This document shows positions 1-8,366 of a stretch of 64,000 nt of DNA, in pieces. Every line of letters begins with the position of its first letter. Position 1 is the stretch's first letter. The position numbers and the translations under genes are program-made. The notes beneath the pieces are model-generated. The model was not told where the DNA came from. It was given only the letters and a program-made list of their open reading frames with translations, and searched no databases. The stretch lies in the NCBI GenBank assembly GCA_030765505.1, contig JAVCCL010000043.1:69686-133685 (forward strand), in the 5' to 3' direction. This DNA is from Candidatus Kaelpia imicola (GTDB lineage Bacteria; Omnitrophota; Gorgyraeia; Kaelpiales; Kaelpiaceae).

Positions 1-53
1 TAGCAGCAGCTTCGGCTATTACCGGCAAGATAACCAAGCCTAGCAGCTTGTGA
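1..53 (+). CDS. leuC: 3' end of 3-isopropylmalate dehydratase large subunit (aconitase family), partial
   Basis: Frame from nt 3 reads AAASAITGKITKPSSL*, matching the typical LeuC/HacA C-terminus (AAASAxxGxIxDP). Its TGA overlaps the next GTG (GTGA). Only 16 codons visible. Confidence 0.6.
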   Translation, partial: AAASAITGKITKPSSL

Positions 54-931
54 GAATATTTTTAACATCTGCTCTTTTATTTTTTACTATAGGCTGCAGG
101 TCTCTTTTTCAAAATGACTATCTATTTAAGATTCAGCAAGAAGAGTTTTTTTTACAAGGTTCTGTTTTAGTTAAAGGATGGGGCATTGCAGATAGTTGTT
201 TTAAAAATATATCCTTTGAGATTCCGGGCAAGCCTTACAAAGCTTTTCTTTATTATGCAGGTAGAAACAGTGGCCATCTAGAGGATAAATCTTTATATAT
301 TGAAGGTAAGATAGTATCCGGCAGATTAATATATGCTGAGAATGTAAACAAGGATCCTGCATATAATAGATATGTGCATACTCTGCGTTACGATGTTACA
401 TCTTTTGTGAAAAGAGGAGAGAATAATTTAGAGATTTGGGGTTTTGAATCATTTATAAATGAAGGTCTTGGTATAGTTATACTTTATGAAGACAGCAACG
501 AGAGCTTTAAAAGAGTTGTTCTTAAATCAGGTCTTGGTTTTTTCTGGTCCGGACTTGAAGGTGAAGAGAGAGATGACTCCCCAATAGTTGAGTTTAAAGT
601 TAAGTCTGGAGAGACACCTAAAGAGGTGCGTGCATTTATGTTTTTTGCAGGAGGTTCAGATTCTCCCAGAGACGAGAGGGTCTGGTTCAGGAGGTCTTCA
701 GTTAAGCTGAATTCTAGTATTATTGCTAACTCAGAACTGTTATTTGAAAATCAGATAGCTTCATATAGTGGAAGAGAGTGGGATAGCTTGGATTTTAAGC
801 TGCCTCTTAAAGAAGAAGATAAATTTGTATATTTTCAAATTGAATCTCTGGATTTTACTGCCTCTGAACATAACGGAGACAGTTTGAATTTTATTCTTTT
901 AGGGTTAGAGATTCCGCTTGCAAAGGAATAA
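50..931 (+). CDS. Hypothetical lipoprotein, DUF3344-like beta-rich domain
   Basis: Signal peptide with lipobox-like FTIG-C; motifs KAFLYYAG, RYDVTSFV, GLGIVILYED recall DUF3344-type surface proteins (family call tentative). Confidence 0.5.
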   Translation: MRIFLTSALLFFTIGCRSLFQNDYLFKIQQEEFFLQGSVLVKGWGIADSCFKNISFEIPGKPYKAFLYYAGRNSGHLEDKSLYIEGKIVSGRLIYAENVNKDPAYNRYVHTLRYDVTSFVKRGENNLEIWGFESFINEGLGIVILYEDSNESFKRVVLKSGLGFFWSGLEGEERDDSPIVEFKVKSGETPKEVRAFMFFAGGSDSPRDERVWFRRSSVKLNSSIIANSELLFENQIASYSGREWDSLDFKLPLKEEDKFVYFQIESLDFTASEHNGDSLNFILLGLEIPLAKE

Positions 932-1004
932 AATCTAAGATAGCATTTAACTAGTAGGGGCAGCTGGTAGTATTTTATTTTGTAGTGTAAATAGAAGTGT
1001 TTGT

Positions 1005-1013
1005 TGATATAAT
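1005..1013 (+). promoter_or_regulatory. Extended -10 promoter (TGaTATAAT) upstream of candidate sRNA
   Basis: Perfect TGnTATAAT; -35 is weak. Confidence 0.45.
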
Positions 1014-1055
1014 GAATTTAGCTCATTAAAATTATGTTTCAAAGAGTTAATAATT

Positions 1056-1146
1056 GGAGACCCGGTATCCCTGCCACAACCCCACGCCCGTGGCCAAGCC
1101 CCCTCCTCCACCCCCTAAATGCCGGGTCTCCTTTATAGTTTTTTTG
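1056..1146 (+). ncRNA. Candidate small RNA / large-loop terminator hairpin with C-rich loop
   Basis: 13-bp stem GGAGACCCGGTAT (1056-1068) / ATGCCGGGTCTCC (1119-1131) with one U-G pair on the + strand; 50-nt loop with 30 C including CCTCCTCC; followed by a T-rich tract. Confidence 0.5.
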
Positions 1147-1175
1147 TGGACATAAATATAGGTGTGATATAAAGT
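1147..1175 (+). promoter_or_regulatory. Sigma70-type promoter for riboswitch-btuB
   Basis: TGGACA-17 nt-TAAAGT just before the aptamer. Confidence 0.5.
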
Positions 1176-1194
1176 TAAAAAAGCTCTTTTAAAA

Positions 1195-1418
1195 TATAGT
1201 TCAACGGTGTAAGGGAAGTTGGTGTGCCTCATATTTTGGCAAATCCAACACAGCCCCGCTGCTGTAGCTCAGCCCTGCATAGCAGGGAACTTTTTTAGCA
1301 AGTTTGAAGCCACTGCCTGTATAATGTAGGTGGGAAGGCGGCTAAAAGAGCTGAGGAGTCAGAAAACCTGACTGTTGAAGATAAGTTATAGTTCTCTCGC
1401 GGTGAGGAGAACGGCTAT
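1195..1418 (+). ncRNA. Cobalamin riboswitch
   Basis: Closing stem TTCAACGGT (1200)/ACTGTTGAA (1371); AAGGGAA-GTTGGTG...AATCCAAC; CCCCGCTGCTGT; GCCACTG...GGGAAGG; B12-box GAGTCAGAAAACCTG; downstream hairpin 1391-1412 with GCGG loop able to kiss CCGC; lies upstream of B12 transport genes. Confidence 0.95.
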
Positions 1419-1447
1419 CGTACCATTGGGTTTATAAATCGAGGGTG

Positions 1448-1488
1448 AGCCCTGTTATCTTTTTAGGTAGCAGGGCTTTTTTTATTTT
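1448..1488 (+). terminator. Intrinsic terminator of the riboswitch expression platform
   Basis: AGCCCTGTTATCT-TTTT-AGGTAGCAGGGCT followed by a T run. Confidence 0.85.
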
Positions 1489-1521
1489 AAACCAGTTTTT
1501 CAAATTAAAAGGAGTAGAGAG

Positions 1522-3522
1522 ATGAGGAGAGTATTAATAGTTTTGGGTTTAGTCTGTCTGTTTTCTATAGTAGTTTTAGAGAATGGAATTTCGGAAGTTG
1601 TTAGTTTAAATCCGATAGTTGTCTCATATTATGATCAGCTAAAAGGTGTCTCAGGTTATGATATACCTTCAAATATCCAGGTCTATTCTAAGGATGAGAT
1701 TGAAGAATCTGGTGCGGTATCGTTACTTGATTTTTTAAAGAAAATTCCAACAGTTAATGTTTCTGATTATTATGGTACAGGTATAAAGGCAAGCGTGGAT
1801 TTGATGGGGTATGGCGATAATGCCTCTTCAAATATACTGGTGCTTGTTAATGGAAGACGTGTTAATGATATAGATTTAAGTGGTGTTGATTGGACTCAGA
1901 TACCTTTAGAGAACATAGAGAGTGTTGAGATTATGAAAGGCGGAGGCGTTGTTCTCTATGGAGATAATGCAACAGGTGGTGTGATTAGCATAGTCACAAA
2001 AAAACCCAAGAGTAAAGATTTGAAGGTTAATTTAAGTACTAAGTTTGGAAGTTATTCTTTGGATAATGAAGTTATTGAGATAGAGAAGGCTGGTGAGGGA
2101 TGCTCTTTTTACATTAATTCCAGTCATTACGGAACCAATGGTTACAGAGAGAACAGCTTTTATTCTTCAGATAGTATTTATGCTAATTTTGATTTTAACC
2201 CTTTTAATGATTTAGAGCTTTCTCTTGAATCCGGTTACCAGAATTATAACTACGGTTTGCCGGGTTCACTTCTTACAACTGATTTGGAGGGAAGCTATTC
2301 ACGTCGTGATACCAAAAATCCTGACGATACTGTACGAATGGAAGATTGCTATGTGAATTCTAAAATTAATTACAAAATACAAGAAGATATCAAAGCTTCA
2401 ATAAGTGCTTATCTGAGAGATAAAAACGGAAGAGATGATATGGTAAGTTATAGCTCTGTAACAGATAAGCATATTCAACAGGAAGGGGCTAAGGCTCAAT
2501 TCTTTATAGATAAGGATATATACGGGTTAGAAAACAGCCTTATACTAGGAGTAGAGTTTTTCCAGGCTGATTATTCAGCAAACTCTATTGGCTTATGGAC
2601 AGGGGTTACATGTACTGATATTGACAGAAGATCGTTTACGGTCTTTATACAGAATCAGTTTAATTTAACAGATAAGCTCTCTGCTCTTTTAGGTGCCAGA
2701 CATCAGAAAGATAGATTTACTTTTGATTATATTCCATCATCAGGGAGCATTTTTGATGACAGTTTAAATCTCAACGAAGAAGGGTATGAAGCAGGGCTTA
2801 ATTATAAATGGAGTAATGAAACAAATGTTTTTCTACATTTTGCACGAGCTTTTAGAGTCCCTAAGACGGATGAGTATTTTTCAACTTGGCCATCTGCTTC
2901 CATTACAACTTCTCTTATACCGCAGCGCTCTAAAACGTATACTTTAGGTGCTAATTCTAAAATGAATGAAAAAATTACATTAAATACAGATTTATTTTTA
3001 AGTAATGTTGATAACGAGCTTTATTGTAACGATTTATCTACTGAGGATAATTTAAACGACAACTATCCTAAAATCGAAAGACTGGGTTTTAATATTTTAA
3101 CTACTATCTGTTTGACTCCAGATTTAAGCATGGATTTTGGATACCGCTACATAGATGCAGAATTTAAAAAAGGAGATCATAAAGGTAGGAAAGTTCCATT
3201 TGTTCCGGAGAATCTTTTTAGTTATGTTTTAAGATATGACTTTAAGGAACTATTCTCTGTTTATTTTGATCTTAATTATAGAGATAAGGTTTATAGAATA
3301 AACGATTTAAACAATGCAGTTTCAAAACTGGATTCTTACTGGGTTGCTAATTTGAAATTAGATTATAAATGTAAAAACAATCTCTTAGTTTATTTCGGTA
3401 TCAACAATTTATTTAATGAAAGATACTCAGAATATGGAAGCTATGGTAATTCATCGGGGAATATGGCCTTATATCCATCTCCTGGAAGAAACTATTATGC
3501 TGGGGCGAAATACTCATTTTAA
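1522..3522 (+). CDS. btuB: TonB-dependent receptor, probable cobalamin transporter
   Basis: Signal peptide; plug motifs ILVLVNG and IESVEIMKGGGVVLYGDNATGGVISIVTK; NLFN...GRNYYAGAKYSF with terminal Phe; under a B12 riboswitch. Confidence 0.88.
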   Translation: MRRVLIVLGLVCLFSIVVLENGISEVVSLNPIVVSYYDQLKGVSGYDIPSNIQVYSKDEIEESGAVSLLDFLKKIPTVNVSDYYGTGIKASVDLMGYGDNASSNILVLVNGRRVNDIDLSGVDWTQIPLENIESVEIMKGGGVVLYGDNATGGVISIVTKKPKSKDLKVNLSTKFGSYSLDNEVIEIEKAGEGCSFYINSSHYGTNGYRENSFYSSDSIYANFDFNPFNDLELSLESGYQNYNYGLPGSLLTTDLEGSYSRRDTKNPDDTVRMEDCYVNSKINYKIQEDIKASISAYLRDKNGRDDMVSYSSVTDKHIQQEGAKAQFFIDKDIYGLENSLILGVEFFQADYSANSIGLWTGVTCTDIDRRSFTVFIQNQFNLTDKLSALLGARHQKDRFTFDYIPSSGSIFDDSLNLNEEGYEAGLNYKWSNETNVFLHFARAFRVPKTDEYFSTWPSASITTSLIPQRSKTYTLGANSKMNEKITLNTDLFLSNVDNELYCNDLSTEDNLNDNYPKIERLGFNILTTICLTPDLSMDFGYRYIDAEFKKGDHKGRKVPFVPENLFSYVLRYDFKELFSVYFDLNYRDKVYRINDLNNAVSKLDSYWVANLKLDYKCKNNLLVYFGINNLFNERYSEYGSYGNSSGNMALYPSPGRNYYAGAKYSF

Positions 3523-3542
3523 TATATAGAGCTTATCTTCTA

Positions 3543-3551
3543 TGTTAAAAT
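3543..3551 (+). promoter_or_regulatory. Internal extended -10 promoter, leaderless spacing to btuF ATG
   Basis: TGtTAAAAT then 6 nt then ATG at 3558; no SD. Confidence 0.5.
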
Positions 3552-3557
3552 AATGCA

Positions 3558-4379
3558 ATGTTGGTTCGCATATTAATAATTCTAATAATAGGTTTTTTTC
3601 TATCCAATGCCCATGCATTAAGAATTATCTCTTTAAGCCCCTATCTTACCGAGTCTATTCTATTACTTGACGGCGGGGACTCTCTGGTTGGTATTACAAC
3701 GATATCTAAGAAGCTATTTGGTATTGATAAAGAAGTAGTAGGGGATACTTTAAATATCAATATAGAGAAAGTTGTCTCGCTTAAGCCCGATATCATTTTA
3801 GCAACTCCCATGAATAAGATTGAGAGGGTAGAAAGAATCAAGGGGTTAGGTTTTAGAGTTGAGTATTTTGAGATCGAAAAGAGTTTTGAAGATTGTTGTA
3901 ATAATTTCATGAAACTTGCAGAGATGATTAACAAAGTTGAAAAAGCAAAGATTATGATAGCTGAATCAAAAGAGAGGTTGGGGCTGATAGCCCGGAAGTT
4001 AAAATCAGGGAGTATAAAGAATATTTTTATAGAGGTTGGCTGCAGACCTCTTATTACTGCAGGTAGAAATTGCTATCTAAATGATTTAGCTCAATATTCA
4101 GGAGCTTATAACGTAGCTAGTGATATAGGGAGTAGTTTTTTTAGGATAACCAGAGAGAGGGTGCTAGAACTAGACCCTGAATATATCCTGATTCTTTCTG
4201 AGGATTATTTGGCGAGTTCTAAAGCATGGGGAGAGTACGATTTTTTGATTGCAGTTAAAAATAAGAATTTAATTAAAGTAAATAAGAACGTCTTTTCAAG
4301 GCCTAATCCTGTAAACTTTGTTCAAGCTGTTTATATGTTGAGCTCTAAAATAAATCCAGAAATATTAAATGAAGATTAA
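3558..4379 (+). CDS. btuF: Periplasmic cobalamin-binding protein (helical backbone metal receptor)
   Basis: RIISLSPYLTE, NIEKVVSLKPDIIL, signal peptide, operon context. Confidence 0.85.
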   Translation: MLVRILIILIIGFFLSNAHALRIISLSPYLTESILLLDGGDSLVGITTISKKLFGIDKEVVGDTLNINIEKVVSLKPDIILATPMNKIERVERIKGLGFRVEYFEIEKSFEDCCNNFMKLAEMINKVEKAKIMIAESKERLGLIARKLKSGSIKNIFIEVGCRPLITAGRNCYLNDLAQYSGAYNVASDIGSSFFRITRERVLELDPEYILILSEDYLASSKAWGEYDFLIAVKNKNLIKVNKNVFSRPNPVNFVQAVYMLSSKINPEILNED

Positions 4380-5355
4380 GATTTTAATAATTGTAATCCT
4401 ACTTTTAACTATAGTTGTATTTTCTTTAAAATCAGGTGAAGTCGAAGTCTCTTGGCAGAAGATATTTAAAATTATAACTGTTGATTATGGTTCAGGAGTC
4501 GAGAGTTCTATTGTGAGAGATATCCGTTTACCCAGAATTCTAATTGCTCTTATAGTTGGAGCTGGTCTTGCGGTAAGCGGAGCGGTGTTTCAATCTATTT
4601 TAAGAAACCCTTTGGCCGAGCCTTATACCCTTGGTATCTCAGGCGGTGCTTGTTTTGGTGTTGCTCTGGCAAGCCTACTGCTTGGTTTTAGATTTTCTTT
4701 TTTGATTCCTTGTGCCGGCTGGTTGGGAGCGTTAGCTGCTGTCTTTATTGTCTATCTTCTTTCGCTAAGGCGTAATTTTACGACTATAAGCCTTATCTTA
4801 TCGGGTATTGTAATCAATTTTTTATTCTCATCTTTAGTGCTTGTCCTATTTGCATTTATTGAGCCTAACAGGGTTCAATCCATGATACTCTGGTTGATGG
4901 GGGATCTTTCGTCTTCTAATTTCAATTTAGTAAAAATAGGATGCTCTATTATCCTGCCGGCAATATTGATTATTATTCTTCTCTCTCGCAGGCTCGATAT
5001 TTTAAGTTTAGGCGATGAGAAAGCGTACTCTTTAGGTCTCAATGTCAAAAGAGAGAAGCAATACTTTTATATTTTAGCCTCTCTTATTACCGGTACGGCT
5101 ATAGTCTTATCAGGAGTAGTTGGTTTTGTAGGACTTCTTATTCCACATCTGATGAGAAGGTTCTTTGGGACTTTAAACAGGGGGGTATTGATATCTTCTG
5201 CTTTGTCTGGAGCGGCTTTTCTGCTTTTGGCTGATACATTTGCCCGGGTTGTAATATCACCTCTGGAACTGCCTGTAGGTGTTATAACCGGACTTGTCGG
5301 GGGAGTATTCTTTCTTATGGTTCTCATTTTAGGTAAGGAGTTTAAGATTGGATAG
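4369..5355 (+). CDS. btuC: ABC permease, FecCD/BtuC family
   Basis: IRLPRI, RNPLAEPYTLGISGGA, LGDEKAYSLG, GFVGLLIPH, ELPVGVIT. Confidence 0.9.
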   Translation: MKIKILIIVILLLTIVVFSLKSGEVEVSWQKIFKIITVDYGSGVESSIVRDIRLPRILIALIVGAGLAVSGAVFQSILRNPLAEPYTLGISGGACFGVALASLLLGFRFSFLIPCAGWLGALAAVFIVYLLSLRRNFTTISLILSGIVINFLFSSLVLVLFAFIEPNRVQSMILWLMGDLSSSNFNLVKIGCSIILPAILIIILLSRRLDILSLGDEKAYSLGLNVKREKQYFYILASLITGTAIVLSGVVGFVGLLIPHLMRRFFGTLNRGVLISSALSGAAFLLLADTFARVVISPLELPVGVITGLVGGVFFLMVLILGKEFKIG

Positions 5356-6133
5356 TATCTTAGAGTTAAAAAATGTCTCTTCTGGTTATAAAGATAAGAT
5401 AGTTATAAAGGATATCAATTTTAAAGTTAAGAGAGGCGAGTTCATAGGTTTAATTGGGCCTAATGGTGCAGGCAAGACTACTCTTTTCAAGACTCTTATG
5501 GGTATATTAAGGCCTGATAGAGGAGAGATTCTGTATGGAGAGATGGCTATAATAGATATACCTCTTAAGGAGAGAGCGAGAAGAATAGCGTTTCTGCCTC
5601 AGATATTTGAAACCAGGTTCTCATATACAGTGGAGGAGTTTATAGCGATGGGGAGGTTTCCTCATCAGGATGGGCTTAGTACCTATTCTAAGGAAGATTT
5701 AGAGAGGGTTAAAGATGTCATTGGGAGATTCTCGTTGACCGATATAAGAGACCGCAGGATAGATGAGTTATCAGGCGGCGAACTTCAAAGGGTATTATTT
5801 GCTCAGAGTATTGCCCAGGATCCGGAGTTGCTGCTTTTGGATGAACCCACGACTCATCTTGATATTGGACATCAGCTTGAGATTATGAACAGTCTAAGCG
5901 ATCTTAATCAAGAGGGGCTTACTGTAATTGCAATATTGCATGATTTAAATATCTCTGCAGAGTTTTGCGATAGGCTTATTCTTATGGATAAAGGTAGAGT
6001 GGCGAGAGACGGAGAACCCTCTTTTGTTATGGACTATAATATAATAGAAGAGGTCTACAATGCTCGAGTTGTGATAAGAGAGAATCCTTATTCCGGGAAA
6101 CCATTTTTGATATTGTATCGAAATAGAGCATAG
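5348..6133 (+). CDS. btuD: ABC ATPase, BtuD/FepC family
   Basis: Walker A GPNGAGKT, LSGGE, LLLDEPT, LHDLN. Confidence 0.88.
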   Translation: MDSILELKNVSSGYKDKIVIKDINFKVKRGEFIGLIGPNGAGKTTLFKTLMGILRPDRGEILYGEMAIIDIPLKERARRIAFLPQIFETRFSYTVEEFIAMGRFPHQDGLSTYSKEDLERVKDVIGRFSLTDIRDRRIDELSGGELQRVLFAQSIAQDPELLLLDEPTTHLDIGHQLEIMNSLSDLNQEGLTVIAILHDLNISAEFCDRLILMDKGRVARDGEPSFVMDYNIIEEVYNARVVIRENPYSGKPFLILYRNRA

Positions 6134-6165
6134 GGTAAGATGTTTTTTTATTATAAAGGAGGCAG

Positions 6166-7284
6166 TTGATGAAAGCAGTTGTTAGCGGTGGATGTGGTTT
6201 TATAGGTTCTCATTTGGTGGATACTCTTCTTAATGAAGAGTACGAGGTCCTTGTCTATGATAATTTAGAAGAGCAAGTTCATCAAGGCAAGAAGCCTCCC
6301 TATCTAAATAAGGGTGCTGAATATATATATGGAGATATTAGAGACTATGATTCTTTTAAGAATGTTCTCATGGATTGTGACTATCTTTTCCATTTTGCTT
6401 CTATGGTAGGGGTGGGGCAGTCTCAATATCAGATTAGAAAGTATATGGAAGTCAACGATCTTGGGATAGCAAATCTTTGGGATATTTTAGTAAATAGTAA
6501 AAATAGAGTTAAGAAGGTTATAGTTAGCGCTTCGATGTCGAGTTACGGAGAGGGGCTCTATAACTGCGACAGCTGCGGCAAGGTGAAGCCCTCTTTAAGA
6601 GAAGAATCTCAGCTTAAAGATAAAGATTGGCGGCTGCACTGTCCTAACTGTTCATCTATTTTAACCCCTATAACTACGACAGAAGATACTCCTCTTGTTC
6701 CTAATTCTATCTATGCCTTAGGCAAGAAAGTTCAGGAAGAGATCTCTCTTATGATGGGTAAGACTTATGGCATACCAGTTACCTCTCTCAGGTTCTTTAA
6801 TGTCTATGGTTCCAGACAATCGTTATCCAATCCTTATACAGGTGTCTGTGCTATCTTTATGTCCCGAATTAAAAATAATAAATCTCCTTTTGTTTTTGAG
6901 GATGGTAAACAGAGCAGAGATTTTATATCGGTTAAGGATGTAGTAAGAGCGGTTATCGGAGCGATTAAGAAGAGCGAGTCAGATTATAAGATTTGCAACC
7001 TTGGCAATGGAAAACCTTATACTATAGAATCTGTTGCGCTTGAGCTTGCTAAATTGTTTGACAAAGATATAACACCTCATATATCCGGTGGTTACAGAAA
7101 GGGTGATGTAAGGCATTGTTATGCAAGTATTGAGAATGCTAAGGAGTATCTTGGTTGGGAGCCTGAGATTGATCTTGCGGCTGGACTAGGAGAGTTGATT
7201 GAGTGGGCTAAAAATGAACCTGCTTTCGATAGATTCGATAAAGCATTTGATGAGCTTATAGAGAAAAATTTAATCAAAGAGTGA
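6166..7284 (+). CDS. NAD-dependent nucleotide-sugar epimerase/dehydratase (extended SDR) with CxxC...CxxC insert
   Basis: GGCGFIGS, YALGK (YxxxK), RFFNVYG, RDFI; insert CDSC...CPNC. Confidence 0.88.
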   Translation: MMKAVVSGGCGFIGSHLVDTLLNEEYEVLVYDNLEEQVHQGKKPPYLNKGAEYIYGDIRDYDSFKNVLMDCDYLFHFASMVGVGQSQYQIRKYMEVNDLGIANLWDILVNSKNRVKKVIVSASMSSYGEGLYNCDSCGKVKPSLREESQLKDKDWRLHCPNCSSILTPITTTEDTPLVPNSIYALGKKVQEEISLMMGKTYGIPVTSLRFFNVYGSRQSLSNPYTGVCAIFMSRIKNNKSPFVFEDGKQSRDFISVKDVVRAVIGAIKKSESDYKICNLGNGKPYTIESVALELAKLFDKDITPHISGGYRKGDVRHCYASIENAKEYLGWEPEIDLAAGLGELIEWAKNEPAFDRFDKAFDELIEKNLIKE

Positions 7285-7295
7285 TTTACAAGAAA

Positions 7296-7635
7296 ATGCA
7301 GAGGGTCTTGGTGACCGGTGGTGCCGGTTTTATCGGGTCTAGTTTCGTCCGTCTTTTAATTTTTAAAGGATATTGTGTACCTGTTCTAGGTAATTTGAGT
7401 TATGCTGAGCGTAAGAAGAATCTGGAAGAGAAATGTTGAGCTAGTTAAAATGATCTTAAAAAAGACGAATAAAACTGTTAATTTTATTAAATATATTAAA
7501 GATAGAGTTGATTATAATTTTAGGTATGCTATGGACAGTTCTAGGCTCTTAAGCCTTAGCTGGAGAAGCAATTTTAGTTTAAGTAGAGGTTTAGATAATA
7601 CAATAGATTGGTATCGTAAAAATGAAAAGTGGTGA
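7296..7635 (+). pseudogene. rfbB: dTDP-glucose 4,6-dehydratase relic with large internal deletion
   Basis: 7296-7439 reads MQRVLVTGGAGFIGSSFVR...LSYA...NLEEKC*. A second frame from about 7432 reads NVELVKMIL...IKYIKDR...RYAMDSS...W...GLDNTIDWYRKNEKW, the RfbB C-terminus. The central catalytic region is absent. Confidence 0.85.
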
Positions 7636-8281
7636 CAGAGAGCTGTTTAATATCAAACTTATAATGTTCGATCTCGATGGTACTCTCTTGGATGCTTATA
7701 TTGCAATCGAGAAAGCCCTGAATGTAGTAAGAGCAGGCTATGATTTAGGGTTTGTATCTTATGCTGAGATTAAAAGGGCCGTAGGTAGAGGAGATAAGAG
7801 TCTTATAGAGGATTATTTTCCAGATGATATTGCTATAGAGGCTTTAAATTCTTATCGCCAGGTGCATAGAGATACGCTCCTTAAAGATGCAAAACTTTTG
7901 CCTTATGCAGAGGATATATTGAGTTATCTTAAAGAGAGAGATTATCTCCTGGCTCTTGGAACCAATAGACCAGCTCTATTTGCCAGGCTTATAATAGGGC
8001 ATTTTGGTATTGATAGGTTCTTTGATTATGTAATCTGCGGGGATGAGATAGGCGTTTTTAAACCGGAACCGGAGATGATTTTAGAGACTATGATGAAGTT
8101 TAATTTAAATCCTGAAGAAGTTATATATATAGGTGATATGGCTATTGATATTGAGACCGCAAATAACGCTGGAGTAAGATCGATTGCCCTTACAACAGGT
8201 TCTAGCAGCAGAGAAGAGTTAATTACCGGTAATCCTTTTGCGATTGTAAGCGGTTTAGATCGACTCAAAGACTTTTTTTAA
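7622..8281 (+). CDS. HAD-superfamily hydrolase, phosphoglycolate phosphatase-like
   Basis: FDLDGTL, TN, KPEP, IGDMAIDIETANNAG. Confidence 0.88.
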   Translation: MKSGDRELFNIKLIMFDLDGTLLDAYIAIEKALNVVRAGYDLGFVSYAEIKRAVGRGDKSLIEDYFPDDIAIEALNSYRQVHRDTLLKDAKLLPYAEDILSYLKERDYLLALGTNRPALFARLIIGHFGIDRFFDYVICGDEIGVFKPEPEMILETMMKFNLNPEEVIYIGDMAIDIETANNAGVRSIALTTGSSSREELITGNPFAIVSGLDRLKDFF

Positions 8282-8298
8282 ATCTTTAATATTATTCC

Positions 8299-8327
8299 TT
8301 GACAGAGCCTGTTTTGTATTGTAATAT
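8299..8327 (+). promoter_or_regulatory. Sigma70 promoter of hrcA-grpE-dnaK-dnaJ
   Basis: TTGACA-17 nt-TAATAT. Confidence 0.85.
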
Positions 8328-8354
8328 TTAGCACTCAATCTCAAAGAGTGCTAA
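8328..8354 (+). promoter_or_regulatory. CIRCE operator (HrcA site)
   Basis: Perfect TTAGCACTC-N9-GAGTGCTAA overlapping the expected transcription start. Confidence 0.97.
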
Positions 8355-8366
8355 AGAGGTAAAAAT

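Noticed and set aside
1056-1131. Hairpin as SRP RNA, tRNA-Sec, 6S RNA or CRISPR repeat
   Set aside because: No SRP helix-8 motif, no cloverleaf or T-loop, too short for 6S, and single copy.
1047-1232. Minus-strand 61-aa ORF with a poly-Gly stretch as a RiPP precursor or leader peptide
   Set aside because: It overlaps the riboswitch and its promoter, and the Gly run simply reflects the C-rich loop on the other strand.
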